Below, in pieces: positions 1 through 10,050 of a DNA stretch of 64,000 nucleotides. The stretch spans positions 868,001 through 932,000 of the forward strand of contig PS015009.1 in NCBI GenBank assembly GCA_048213135.1. Direction: 5' to 3'. Under the pieces are notes generated by a model. It saw only the letters and a program-made list of their open reading frames with translations. It did no database searches and was not told the DNA's origin. A program made the translations under genes and the position numbers. The stretch is from Reclinomonas americana ATCC 50394. Lineage: Eukaryota. How positions within the stretch are numbered: the stretch's first letter is position 1; each line of letters begins with the position of its first letter.

Positions 1-2
1 AA

Positions 3-305
3 ATACTCACCTACATACCTTCCTGGCTTAAAAACAAGTACCTGCTTACTTCCGTTGCCTTTGTGCTGCTGATGGTGTTCTTCGATAATAAGGACATTCC
101 GTCCAGTATCGAGCGCTGGAGCAAGTTGAAGGAATTGCAAAAAAGTGAACAACATTTAGCCCAACAGATAGCCGATGCCCGAAAAGAGTTGAATTTGCTG
201 AAAACAAATGCGCAAACTGTTGAAAAATATGCAAGGGAAAATTACCTGATGAAGAAAGATAACGAGGATCTTTTCGTCGTGAAAAGCCCATCCACGGCCA
301 AATAA
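3..305 (+). CDS. FtsB/septum formation initiator family protein (5'-partial)
   Basis: Frame is open from the window start (ILTYIPSWLKNKYLL...), then a TM segment, a coiled coil and the typical EKYARENYLMKKDNEDLF tail. Confidence 0.85.
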   Translation: MLTYIPSWLKNKYLLTSVAFVLLMVFFDNKDIPSSIERWSKLKELQKSEQHLAQQIADARKELNLLKTNAQTVEKYARENYLMKKDNEDLFVVKSPSTAK

Positions 306-396
306 TTTGCTTAGAATACAATATCCCACCGTAATTTCCGTTTATGTAAGCGGATATGAATATTTAATTTTTTTAACACAAGCAACCAACCGTTGT

Positions 397-636
397 ATGC
401 ACAATTTTACCCTGGAAGATTTGCTTCGCTATTTGTATAACGAAACTTCCCCTGAACAAACAGCTCAAATAAAAGCTGCTTTGGAGACCGACTGGACACT
501 GCGTGAAAAATTCGAGGTAATGGCTTCTGCCAAACAAAGGCTGGAAGCCCTTAAGATGTCGCCCCGCCAGCAAACGATCGACAACATCCTTAACCACGCC
601 GAAAAAGCCGTTTCAGAACTTTCATCAATGGCCTGA
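397..636 (+). CDS. Small hypothetical protein resembling an anti-sigma N-terminal domain
   Basis: MHNFTLEDLLRYLYNETSPEQ...; ATG at 397 preferred over the upstream TTG. Confidence 0.7.
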   Translation: MHNFTLEDLLRYLYNETSPEQTAQIKAALETDWTLREKFEVMASAKQRLEALKMSPRQQTIDNILNHAEKAVSELSSMA

Positions 637-667
637 TACCCCAACCGGTAATTAACTTATTTTCGCT

Positions 668-692
668 CCCGGCCCTTTAGCCGGGATTTTTT
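668..692 (+). terminator. Possible intrinsic terminator
   Basis: CCCGGC-cctttA-GCCGGG followed by ATTTTTT. Confidence 0.5.
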
Positions 693-1340
693 ATGACCAC
701 GAAGGAACGGTACGATTTTGTGATCGACTATTTTAAGGAACACGCCCCCAATGCGGAAACGGAACTGATCTACGATAACCCTTTCCAGTTGCTGGTGGCC
801 GTTATTTTGTCGGCACAGTGTACCGATAAAAGGGTAAATATGACTACCCCTGCCATTTTTGAACGGTACCCCGATGCCGAAACGATGAGCCGGGCTTCTG
901 TGGAAGACATGTTTGGCCTGATCAGGAGCATCTCCTATCCCAATAACAAATCCAAGCACCTGGTGGGTATGGCTAAAATGCTGGTAGAGCGATTTGGCGG
1001 ACGTGTACCCATGACCGTTGAGGAACTCATTCAACTGCCGGGTGTGGGCCGGAAGACCGCCAATGTGATCACTTCAGTGGTTGATGAACAGCCCAATATG
1101 GCCGTAGATACCCATGTTTTCCGCGTCAGCGCCCGCATCGGCCTTACCCGGAATGCCACTACCCCGCTGGCCGCTGAAAAACAACTGATCAGCCATCTTC
1201 CCCGCGAATATGTGTTCCGTGCACACCACTGGCTTATCCTTCATGGCCGGTACATCTGCGTGGCCCGAAACCCCCGCTGCTCCGAATGCGGGCTTAAACC
1301 GGTGTGTAAATATTTTATGAAACAAAAAACGAAAAGTTGA
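693..1340 (+). CDS. nth: Endonuclease III
   Basis: LLVAVILSAQCTD, HhH LPGVGRKTAN, VDTHV and C-terminal 4Fe-4S Cys motif CVARNPRCSECGLKPVC. Confidence 0.97.
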   Translation: MTTKERYDFVIDYFKEHAPNAETELIYDNPFQLLVAVILSAQCTDKRVNMTTPAIFERYPDAETMSRASVEDMFGLIRSISYPNNKSKHLVGMAKMLVERFGGRVPMTVEELIQLPGVGRKTANVITSVVDEQPNMAVDTHVFRVSARIGLTRNATTPLAAEKQLISHLPREYVFRAHHWLILHGRYICVARNPRCSECGLKPVCKYFMKQKTKS

Positions 1341-1434
1341 AATTTTTTTGAGGAAATATCCCTTTATTTGTATAGTAATCGACCACCCTTCCAAAACCCG
1401 GCTAAATTTTTAATAAAGGACATATTCTAATTGC

Positions 1435-2376
1435 ATGAAAAAATTATTAGTTTTTGTTGGGCTTGTATTGCTGTTTTCCTTTGTTTCTCCCCACGCCTCT
1501 GCACAGTACTACTTCTATGACAATGATCATTATGACACCCCGCTCATCTTTGAAGTAGGCGGATCTGTTGGTGCCATGAACTCCCTTACCGACCTGGGAG
1601 GAAGAAAAGGCATAGGTAAAAAATTCGTGAAGGATCTTAACCTGAATAAAACCAATGTTTGCGGAAGCATTTTCCTGGGCGCTACTTACAGGGATATGAT
1701 TATGTTCAAACTGGAAGCTGCTTTTGGTAAAGTACAGGGCGATGACGCCGTACTGAAAAAAGTGGCACCCAGCACTTTCGGCCGCTATGAAAGGAACCTG
1801 AATTTCAGGAGCAAAATCACCGAATTCTCCGGTATGTTTGAAATTCACCCGTTGTATATATTCAATAACTACGACGGCGACAACGATAAAACGCCACCCA
1901 GCTTTTCTCCTTACATCACAGCCGGTGTGGGCCTGTTCTCTTTTAACCCGCAGGCAAAAACCACCAACGGTTGGGTAGACCTTCAGCCACTAAGCACCGA
2001 AGGACAGGGCTTTGCAGAATACCCCGACAGGAAAGTGTATAAATTAAGGCAGATCAACTTTCCCGTAGGTGCCGGTGTAAAATATGAGATTCTGCCCAAC
2101 ATCAACCTGAGGGCCGAATTCGTTTACCGCATCCTCAATACCGACTACCTGGATGATGTAAGTACCGATTACATTGACCCTACCCTTTATCCCAACTATT
2201 TTACCGGCGCCAAACTCACGAACGCGTTCCTGCTCAATGACCGCCAGTATGAACTGGATCCTACGCACATCACCAATCCCGGAGATCAGCGTGGCAACTC
2301 AAAAAATAAGGACGCCTACTTTTCCTTTAACCTGAAAGTGAGCTATACTTTCGGAAGGGAAAGGATCAGGAGGTAA
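1435..2376 (+). CDS. Outer-membrane beta-barrel protein (DUF6089-like)
   Basis: Signal peptide, amphipathic beta strands, RNLNFRS, LQPLSTEGQG and TDYLDDVS motifs. Confidence 0.75.
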   Translation: MKKLLVFVGLVLLFSFVSPHASAQYYFYDNDHYDTPLIFEVGGSVGAMNSLTDLGGRKGIGKKFVKDLNLNKTNVCGSIFLGATYRDMIMFKLEAAFGKVQGDDAVLKKVAPSTFGRYERNLNFRSKITEFSGMFEIHPLYIFNNYDGDNDKTPPSFSPYITAGVGLFSFNPQAKTTNGWVDLQPLSTEGQGFAEYPDRKVYKLRQINFPVGAGVKYEILPNINLRAEFVYRILNTDYLDDVSTDYIDPTLYPNYFTGAKLTNAFLLNDRQYELDPTHITNPGDQRGNSKNKDAYFSFNLKVSYTFGRERIRR

Positions 2377-2395
2377 TACGATAACTCTTTAATAG

Positions 2396-2424
2396 AAAAG
2401 CCCGCAAATAATTTGCGGGCTTTT
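2396..2424. terminator. Bidirectional intrinsic terminator
   Basis: AAAAGCCCGCAAAT-a-ATTTGCGGGCTTTT between convergent genes. Confidence 0.8.
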
Positions 2425-2543
2425 GATTTTGACCTGGTGCAGAAGAAGTAATCCACAAAGGCGCTAAACGATAAAGCAAGTGACCGTATTCCTTCAGGAT
2501 ATAAAACATTGTGATATTCGTGGCTTCGCGGGAAAACGCTATA

Positions 2544-4127
2544 TCACCAGTTATCCGCGCTGGCCTTTTCATAATCTTCCCTGTACTTATCCGGTATATG
2601 ACCATTGACCATACAACCTGTTTCACAACTGGGGAATATATCTTCAAACGTACGCACTTCATTCATAAATACCCTGCGGTAGATGTGGCTGCGGGTAAGC
2701 TGCCGCGGCTGGTCAATGCCCGCCGCACCGATCAGTTCCACAAAGGTTTTTACGGTATCCTCATGATAATTGAATACCCTGTCGGCCTTATCACCCACCA
2801 CCAGCCCCTTGGTCAGTGCCGGGTCCTGCGTGGCCACGCCCGTAGGACATTTATTCGTATTACACACCAGGGCCTGTATGCAACCCAGTGCCATCATCAT
2901 GGCCCGGGCGCTGTTGCACGCGTCGGCGCCCAGCGCGATGGCCCTTACCAGGTGAAAACCGCTGAGTACTTTCCCGGAGGCCAGCAGTTTTATTTTATCC
3001 CTTACACCAAAACCACATAGCATGTTATGCACAAAGGCCAAACCATCCATAAGCGGTGCGCCTACATAATTGCTGAATTCCTGCGGCGCGGCGCCGGTTC
3101 CGCCTTCTCCACCGTCCACCGTAATAAAGTCGGGGTACACACCGGTAGCCAGCATCGCTTTGCAAATGGCCATGAACTCATGTTTGCGGCCGATGCAGAG
3201 TTTAAAGCCCACCGGTTTACCATCGCTTTCATCACGTAATACTTTGATGAACTGCATCATCTCTACCGGGTTACTGAACGCGGAATGATAAGGCGGGGAA
3301 TACACTGTTGTGTAAGGTTCCACCAGGCGTATGGCCGCTATCTCGGGTGTGTTTTTCTTACCGGGCAATATACCACCGTGACCGGGTTTAGCACCCTGCG
3401 ACAATTTCAGTTCTATCATTTTCACCTCCGGGCGGGTAGCATTGCTCCTGTAGGCGGCGGCGTCAAAATTGCCATCCTTACCCCTGGCGCCAAAATAACC
3501 CGTACCGATCTGCCAGATGAGATCTCCGCCCATTTTAAGGTGATAAGGGCTGATGCCGCCTTCACCTGTATTGTGCGCAAAACCTCCTTTCTTAGCACCG
3601 CCATTCAGCGCCATAATAGCCTGCGGGCTCAGCGATCCGAAGCTCATCGCACTTACATTCAGCACACTGAGCTGGTAAGGCTGTTTGCAATCCGCATTGC
3701 CAACTGTAACGCGGGGGTGGTGATCCAGTTTATGAAAATCTTTCGGCGCTATGCTGTGGCTCATCCATTCATATCCCTCGGCGTATACGTCCAGCTGGGT
3801 GCCAAAAGGCATGGTATCCGTTTCCTGTTTGGCCCGCTGGTAAATCGTGTTCCTGTCGAGCCGGTTGATTGGTCTGCCATCAATATCACTCTCCACGAAA
3901 TACTGGTACAGCTTGGGGCGCAGGGCTTCCATCAGCCAGCGCATCCGCCCGAACAGGGGAAAGTTACGCATCAGCGAATGGCGGGTTTGCACCATATCCA
4001 ATATACCCATACCAAAAAGAAGGAGCACAGCGCCCAGCAACCACCAGAACCCGCTCCATACATATATTGCCAGTGCGGCCAGGGCCACAACAAGCAGGAG
4101 GTTTACAATAATGAATACTTTTCTCAT
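2544..4127 (-). CDS. FMN-binding glutamate synthase family protein with N-terminal TM helices
   Basis: SAMSFGSLS, NTGEGG, ELKLSQGAKPGHGG, DGGEGGTGAAP and CIQALVCNTNKCPTGVATQ; start placed at MRKVF. Confidence 0.92.
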   Translation of the reverse strand: MRKVFIIVNLLLVVALAALAIYVWSGFWWLLGAVLLLFGMGILDMVQTRHSLMRNFPLFGRMRWLMEALRPKLYQYFVESDIDGRPINRLDRNTIYQRAKQETDTMPFGTQLDVYAEGYEWMSHSIAPKDFHKLDHHPRVTVGNADCKQPYQLSVLNVSAMSFGSLSPQAIMALNGGAKKGGFAHNTGEGGISPYHLKMGGDLIWQIGTGYFGARGKDGNFDAAAYRSNATRPEVKMIELKLSQGAKPGHGGILPGKKNTPEIAAIRLVEPYTTVYSPPYHSAFSNPVEMMQFIKVLRDESDGKPVGFKLCIGRKHEFMAICKAMLATGVYPDFITVDGGEGGTGAAPQEFSNYVGAPLMDGLAFVHNMLCGFGVRDKIKLLASGKVLSGFHLVRAIALGADACNSARAMMMALGCIQALVCNTNKCPTGVATQDPALTKGLVVGDKADRVFNYHEDTVKTFVELIGAAGIDQPRQLTRSHIYRRVFMNEVRTFEDIFPSCETGCMVNGHIPDKYREDYEKASADNW

Positions 4128-4392
4128 GTGATAAAAGTAAAAAATAGGTGAGTAAAAATCAAAACCATAAAGATCAGGCAATGCTGCGGTTTCATTTTGG
4201 GTCATCCCGGCGAGAGGAAAGAGGGCTGCGCTACCTATGATTTATAGCGTCGTTTCAGGTCCTGTTCAGTACATGGACGGTATTGAGTGTATGGCCGCAT
4301 CATTTTGTGTAATATTTTTCCCGGCCTTTTACAACAAGTCGCTCTTAATGAAGTGGTTCCGGCTCTGGTCGCATTTTTGAGCACCCGGTAGT

Positions 4393-5535
4393 ATGAAAAG
4401 CCGGACAAAAAGTTCAACCACCGCTTCCCGCTTCCGCGGATTTTTTAAAGGAAAGAAAAGAATGATCTTCCTGTGCATCATCCTGGCACTGGTGATCTTG
4501 CGCCTTTTCCTCCCCGCTATTGTAAAACGTTACGTCAACAAAACACTGAATAACATCCCCGGTTACCACGGGCATGTGGAAGATATTGATATCGCCCTGT
4601 ACCGTGGCGCTTACGTGATCCACGGGTTGTACCTGTATAAGGACGGAGATAAAAAACCGATGCTGTATTTTCCCGAATCGGATATTTCCATTGAATGGAA
4701 GTCGCTGTTCAAAGGCAGGATTGTAAGTGAGATAGAAATGTACAAACCAAAAGTGACGCTGTATGTAACCGGGAATAAATTATCGTCGAAACAAAAACCC
4801 AAACACGACGACTGGACCACCGCTTTAAAAAAACTGGTGCCGATAAAGATCAACCGGTTGAAGATAACCGATGGCGAGATCGCTTATGCCGATATTATTG
4901 AAAGCCCGGATATTGACCTGTCCATCAAACAAGTGGACATGACCATCACCAATATGGGCAACGTGACAGATCACCAGAAAGCACTGCCCTCAAAGCTTTC
5001 GCTGAAAGGCGTTTCCTTTGGCAAGGGCAGCCTGTCTGTCAACGGCAATCTCAACTTCCTGAAACGTATTCCCGATCTTGATCTTGACCTGGCGCTCCGC
5101 AAATCGGATGTAACGGCGCTGAATGATGTTTCCATGGCCGCCGCGGGTTTCGATTTTGAACGGGGGCAATTTGAACTGTATATCGAAGCCGCCATCAATA
5201 ACGGCTACCTCAACGGTTCTGTAAAACCCATGTTCCACAACATTAAGATCCCCGACAGTTTCAAGGAAAAGAGTCCTGTTCTGAAACGGGTATGGGAAGG
5301 CATCATTACGTTTTTCGGCTTTGTGCTGAAAAACAAAAGCAAGGATTCCTTTGCCACTAAAATACCTGTAGAGGGAGATCTGAATGATCCCAGGACTGAT
5401 ACCTGGGAACTGATCAGGAATGTTTTCCGGAACGGTTTTGTTGAACCTTTCAAAAATGAAGTGGACAATGATATCCGGTTCAAAGACGCCAAACCCGGCA
5501 AACAGGAAAAAGAAAAGGAGAAAAAGAAGAAATGA
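4393..5535 (+). CDS. DUF748/AsmA-like domain protein
   Basis: N-terminal TM anchor, GHVEDIDIALYRGAY, beta-rich body, FATKIPVEGDL. Confidence 0.75.
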   Translation: MKSRTKSSTTASRFRGFFKGKKRMIFLCIILALVILRLFLPAIVKRYVNKTLNNIPGYHGHVEDIDIALYRGAYVIHGLYLYKDGDKKPMLYFPESDISIEWKSLFKGRIVSEIEMYKPKVTLYVTGNKLSSKQKPKHDDWTTALKKLVPIKINRLKITDGEIAYADIIESPDIDLSIKQVDMTITNMGNVTDHQKALPSKLSLKGVSFGKGSLSVNGNLNFLKRIPDLDLDLALRKSDVTALNDVSMAAAGFDFERGQFELYIEAAINNGYLNGSVKPMFHNIKIPDSFKEKSPVLKRVWEGIITFFGFVLKNKSKDSFATKIPVEGDLNDPRTDTWELIRNVFRNGFVEPFKNEVDNDIRFKDAKPGKQEKEKEKKKK

Positions 5536-5537
5536 TG

Positions 5538-5921
5538 TTATGCCACGGCAGCTGCGGGGATCAGTTCTTCTGCAGATTTACCTCTCGACACTTCCATTCG
5601 TACGATCGCCGGTGACAGGCCCGTAACTTCCACGCAATACTTGTTAAACGTTGTTTTGGAATTGAAGCCCGCCATCTGTGCAAGGGTGTGCAGGGTATAA
5701 ATATGATTATCCTTGTTTTGCAGCAACCGCACAAAGTACGTAAGCCTGAAGTGATTGATGTACTTATGAAAATTCTTCTGCCTCGAGTTCGACCGGATTG
5801 CCTGTGAAATGTTCACGCTGGATGTACCCAGCCTGGCCGCAAGGATCGATAAGGTAAGATCGGGGTTTTTGTAGAGCAGCTCTCCTTCGAGCAGGTTCTC
5901 TATCTTTTTAAATGTATCCAT
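5538..5921 (-). CDS. Stand-alone AraC-type HTH protein
   Basis: LYKNPDLTLSILA...NFHKYINHFR...AGFNSKTTFNK. Confidence 0.85.
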   Translation of the reverse strand: MDTFKKIENLLEGELLYKNPDLTLSILAARLGTSSVNISQAIRSNSRQKNFHKYINHFRLTYFVRLLQNKDNHIYTLHTLAQMAGFNSKTTFNKYCVEVTGLSPAIVRMEVSRGKSAEELIPAAAVA

Positions 5922-6161
5922 GTGTTTGTAATGAGCGTGGCTTTATAAACGCTGGTATTGGAAATCGTTGTTTCAGCTTTATGCAACTGTGCTCCTGAAA
6001 ACAGGCCGCTATGCTTAGGCTATTAATAAAGACGATTGATCGCAGCAATAGGTTGCATTTTTCCCGTACATCTCCGGCGCTGATAATCAATGCTGAAAAT
6101 ATTATGACAGTATCATTACGGCGGGTGTAAAGGTTTATCTTCCCGTCTTGCTACCGGGTTT

Positions 6162-6827
6162 ATGGATTTACGTTTAAAAATGCATCCAAAAGCTATGTCA
6201 CAACGCCTCTATACGTCAGCGCCATACCGCCAGTGGTATGCTCTTTTACTTACCATGATCATTGTTGTTCTGCTGGGCGCTTTCGTTGGCCGCAAGTCCG
6301 CTGATCCTGAACTGGATTGCGTGCTGTCTGTAAAAAAGACGAGCTACCGGCTGGGGCAGGTTCCCGAGCTGGAAGTAGCTATTATCAATAAAGGAAAGAA
6401 ACCGGTGTGGCTGATCGGTTCGCTTGACGGGTCGGAGGTCAAATGGAGGATGCCGTATTGCTATTTCACGGTTAAGAAACCCACACCGGACAGTATACCT
6501 GTTTTAGGGTGCAGGACACTCAACCCCCTGAGGGAAAAAGATTTTATAAAAGTAGGCCCGGGCGAAACTTTTAATCCTTACCGTTCCGTAGACGATGGCG
6601 GCTTTTTTACAGCTCATGAAATAAGACCCGAAACCTTCCGTAACCCGGGTATTTACAGCATCAGGTTTTATTATTCTACTGCAACGCCGGACAAAACACG
6701 TTTCTATGGCAGCGAGATATGGAGCAGGAAGGGCGGCAGCACACCTTCAGCTATTGCATCGTTGCTTGGCAAAGTGCCCGAAGTGGAACTGGTGAGCAAT
6801 GAGATCCGGATCGAGATCACCAAATAA
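6162..6827 (+). CDS. Hypothetical membrane-anchored or exported protein (start uncertain)
   Basis: 221-aa ORF with a hydrophobic segment and a beta-rich domain, followed by a terminator. Confidence 0.65.
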   Translation: MDLRLKMHPKAMSQRLYTSAPYRQWYALLLTMIIVVLLGAFVGRKSADPELDCVLSVKKTSYRLGQVPELEVAIINKGKKPVWLIGSLDGSEVKWRMPYCYFTVKKPTPDSIPVLGCRTLNPLREKDFIKVGPGETFNPYRSVDDGGFFTAHEIRPETFRNPGIYSIRFYYSTATPDKTRFYGSEIWSRKGGSTPSAIASLLGKVPEVELVSNEIRIEITK

Positions 6828-6834
6828 CCGGCAT

Positions 6835-6870
6835 AAAAAAGCCCGCTTCAATAGCGGGCCTTATATTTTT
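6835..6870. terminator. Bidirectional terminator
   Basis: AAAAAA-GCCCGCT-tcaat-AGCGGGC-cttatatttt between convergent genes. Confidence 0.7.
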
Positions 6871-6881
6871 TGATCGCTGTT

Positions 6882-8738
6882 TTACAACAACTGTTTGATC
6901 TCTTCTACCAGTTCACCTTTGGTGATGGGTACGCCCATGATCTTGTTGTAAGGTTTGGCATCTGCCAGGTATACATCGCGGATGATCTTCACCAGTTGCC
7001 CGTTGTTGATCTCGGGTACCAGTACATGATCGTAATTTTTGAGCATGTCGCCCAGGTTACGCGGGAAGGGCCGTACATAACGCAGGTGAGCGTGCGCAAC
7101 GGCATGGCCCTGCTGCTGCAGTTCGTTACAGGCACTTTTGATGGCGCCGTACGTACTTCCCCAGCCGAGTACCAGCACTTTGCCTTTATCTGGCCCGCTG
7201 TCCAGATGCTGTTCGGGAATATGTTCGGCAATAAGGTCCACCTTGCGCTGGCGGGTTTTCACCATATGCTGGTGGTTATCAGGATCGTAACTGATGTTGC
7301 CGGTCACGTCCTGTTTTTCCAGTCCGCCTACGCGATGCTCCAGTCCGTGTGTACCGGGAATAGCCCATGGCCGCACCAGCCGTTCATCTCTTTTATACGG
7401 CTGAAACTTGCCGTTGTCATCCAGGTCGGACGCCACATTAAGCGAAGCGAAAGAAGTTTTGATCGGCTCCAGCTGATCGGCTGTAGGGAACCGCCAGGGT
7501 TCGGCGCCGTTGGCGATATAACCATCACTCAGGAACATCACCGGCGTCATGTGCTGAACGGCAATGCGTACGGCTTCATATACCGCGCTGAAACAATCGC
7601 TGGGTGTGGCGGCGGCGATCACCGGCATAGGACATTCTCCATTGCGGCCATAATAAGCCTGCAGCAGATCACTTTGCTCTGTTTTGGTTGGCAGACCGGT
7701 ACTCGGTCCGCCCCTTTGTATGTTTACAATCAGCAGGGGTATTTCCAGCATAACTGCAAGCCCCATGGCTTCCGCTTTCAGCGCGATGCCGGGACCGCTG
7801 CTGGTGGTGATGCCCAGGTGCCCGCCATAACTGGCGCCAATAGCAGAAGTGATCGCGGCGATCTCATCCTCTGCCTGGAAAGTACGTACACCAAATGCTT
7901 TGTGGCGGCTGAGTTCGTGCAGGATATCGCTTGCCGGGGTAATGGGATAACTGCCCAGGAATAAAGGCAGCCTGCTTTTCTGCGAAGCGGCGATCAATCC
8001 GTAGGCCAGCGACTGGTTGCCCATAATGGAACGGTAAGTACCCGGTTCCATCCTTGCTTTTTCTACTTTATATCTTGTCGTAAATGTTTCCGTTGTATCG
8101 CCGAAATGATAACCGGCCTGCAGCGCTTTGATATTGCTTTCAAATATCTCAGGCTTCTTACCGAATTTTTCTTTAATGAATGCGGAGGTGCTGTCCATAT
8201 CGCGGCCATACATCCAGTACAGGAAACCGAGTACAAACATGTTCTTGGCCCGGTCTTTTTCCTTGGTGCCCATGGTGATATCCTTCAATGCCTCACGGGT
8301 CATTTTGGTTACATCCATTTTGATGACCTCGTAACTGGAGAGGCTGTCATCTTCCAAAGGGTTAACGCCTTCGGGATAATTGGCGAGACGAAGATTTTTG
8401 GCGTCGAAGCCATCGGTGTTGGCGATGATCTTACCGCCCGGTTTCAGGGCCTTGAGATTCGTTTTCAGCGCCGCGGCATTCATGGCCACCAGCACGTCGC
8501 AGGCATCGCCGGGGGTAAATATCCTGTCGGAGGAAAAACGCAGCTGATAACCGCTCACGCCCGGCAGGGTGCCTATCGGGGCACGTATTTCCGCCGGAAA
8601 ATCGGGGAACGTGGCCAGGTCAATACCCAGCAGGGCCGTATTATTGGTGAACTGGCTGCCGGTGAGCTGCATACCGTCACCACTGTCGCCTGCGAATTTT
8701 ATAACAACTTCCTGTAATACTTCTTCTTTTACTGGCAT
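6882..8738 (-). CDS. 2-oxoacid:acceptor oxidoreductase alpha subunit
   Basis: AGDSGDGMQLTG, FPAEIRAP, YPITPAS, QAEDEIAA, QRGGPSTGLPTK; start placed at MPVKE; TAACTTTG promoter-like element at 8799-8806 (-). Confidence 0.95.
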   Translation of the reverse strand: MPVKEEVLQEVVIKFAGDSGDGMQLTGSQFTNNTALLGIDLATFPDFPAEIRAPIGTLPGVSGYQLRFSSDRIFTPGDACDVLVAMNAAALKTNLKALKPGGKIIANTDGFDAKNLRLANYPEGVNPLEDDSLSSYEVIKMDVTKMTREALKDITMGTKEKDRAKNMFVLGFLYWMYGRDMDSTSAFIKEKFGKKPEIFESNIKALQAGYHFGDTTETFTTRYKVEKARMEPGTYRSIMGNQSLAYGLIAASQKSRLPLFLGSYPITPASDILHELSRHKAFGVRTFQAEDEIAAITSAIGASYGGHLGITTSSGPGIALKAEAMGLAVMLEIPLLIVNIQRGGPSTGLPTKTEQSDLLQAYYGRNGECPMPVIAAATPSDCFSAVYEAVRIAVQHMTPVMFLSDGYIANGAEPWRFPTADQLEPIKTSFASLNVASDLDDNGKFQPYKRDERLVRPWAIPGTHGLEHRVGGLEKQDVTGNISYDPDNHQHMVKTRQRKVDLIAEHIPEQHLDSGPDKGKVLVLGWGSTYGAIKSACNELQQQGHAVAHAHLRYVRPFPRNLGDMLKNYDHVLVPEINNGQLVKIIRDVYLADAKPYNKIMGVPITKGELVEEIKQLL

Positions 8739-8906
8739 ATATGATTGCTGTTTATGGCCGGCCAAAGGCATGATGCTGTAAGGTTCCCGGTCAGCGGACA
8801 AAGTTACAATTTAGGATGGCACTGAAGATACAAATTTCTTATCGCGAAAGCCCCGTAAAGGTTTGTGCTATGGGCTGAAAGTTTTAGGTTTGCCAAAATT
8901 TTTTGC

Positions 8907-10034
8907 ATGTACGATCTGCACGATTTCCTGGAACCTGTGTCACTGCACGAACTGAATAATGATGAAGGATATAACGATGGCCAGCTGGCCCAGTACATCG
9001 CCGTACATGAAGAGGAAATGCCCGATATCACCCAGGCCGACATTGTGATCGTTGGCGTTACCGAAACCCGGGGCAGCGGTATTCCAGGCCGGTCCGGCGC
9101 CGCGGACGCCATACGCAGGCAACTGTACCGCCTGCATTACTGGCACAAGGATATCCGCCTGGCCGACCTGGGCAATATCAAAAGCGGGGCTACACTGAAT
9201 GACAGCTACGCCGCCGCCAAAACGGTACTGGCCGAACTGTTCCGCCTCAACAAAACCGTGCTTATCCTCGGCGGTTCACACGACATTACCCTGGCGCAGT
9301 ACTATGCGCACAAAGAACTGGAACAGGTGATCGAAGCCAGTTGCATCGACGCCACCATTAACCTGCGCAGCGAGAGCCCCGAACGCAGCGAAAATTTTTT
9401 AATGGAAATGCTGACCAGCGAACCCAACCTGGTGAAGCACTACAATCATATAGGTTTCCAGAGTTATTTCGTTCACCCGCGGATGCTGGAAACCATGGAC
9501 AAACTCCGCTTCGACTGCTACCGCGTAGGCCTGGCCCGTGAGCATATGGAGGAGATGGAACCGGTGATCCGCAACAGCCACCTGCTCAGTTTCGATATTA
9601 CGGCCATTAAGAACAGCGATGCGCCCTCAACCCGAACCAGCTCCAACGGTTTTACCGGTGAAGAAGCCTGTGTACTTACCCGCTTTGCCGGTATGAGCAG
9701 CAACCTCAACAGCCTGGGCATTTACGGTTATGAACCGCAGCACGATGTGAATGACCTCACCGCCATACAGGTGGCACAGATGATCTGGTATTTCATTGAC
9801 GGTAAAAGCCGCCTGAAGCAGGAAGCTGATATGGATGACCGAGCCAGCTTCAACGAGTTCCATTGTAATTTCACAGAAGTAGATACGCTTTTCCTGCAAA
9901 GCAAACGCACTGGCCGCTGGTGGATGCAGTTGCCCAACAACCGTTTCATTGCCTGCAGTCATAATGATTACGTGCTTGCCAGCCGCAACGAAATTCCTGA
10001 ACGCTGGCTGAGGGCACAGGAAAGAGCGGTATAA
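8907..10034 (+). CDS. Arginase/formimidoylglutamase family protein
   Basis: ADLGNI, LGGSHD, IGFQSY, SFDITAI, NGFTGEEAC and the Bacteroidota C-terminal RWWM extension. Confidence 0.85.
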   Translation: MYDLHDFLEPVSLHELNNDEGYNDGQLAQYIAVHEEEMPDITQADIVIVGVTETRGSGIPGRSGAADAIRRQLYRLHYWHKDIRLADLGNIKSGATLNDSYAAAKTVLAELFRLNKTVLILGGSHDITLAQYYAHKELEQVIEASCIDATINLRSESPERSENFLMEMLTSEPNLVKHYNHIGFQSYFVHPRMLETMDKLRFDCYRVGLAREHMEEMEPVIRNSHLLSFDITAIKNSDAPSTRTSSNGFTGEEACVLTRFAGMSSNLNSLGIYGYEPQHDVNDLTAIQVAQMIWYFIDGKSRLKQEADMDDRASFNEFHCNFTEVDTLFLQSKRTGRWWMQLPNNRFIACSHNDYVLASRNEIPERWLRAQERAV

Positions 10035-10050
10035 AAAATTTTGATACAGC

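Noticed and set aside
6141-6154. 14-mer TCCCGTCTTGCTAC also found at 14360-14373
   Set aside because: A single short match without shared context is compatible with chance.
6870-7964. 364-aa + strand ORF and similar long antisense ORFs (3285-4151, 45574-46722, 49603-50520, 37042-37821, 61881-62711)
   Set aside because: They are shadow frames opposite well-supported genes and carry no recognisable motifs.
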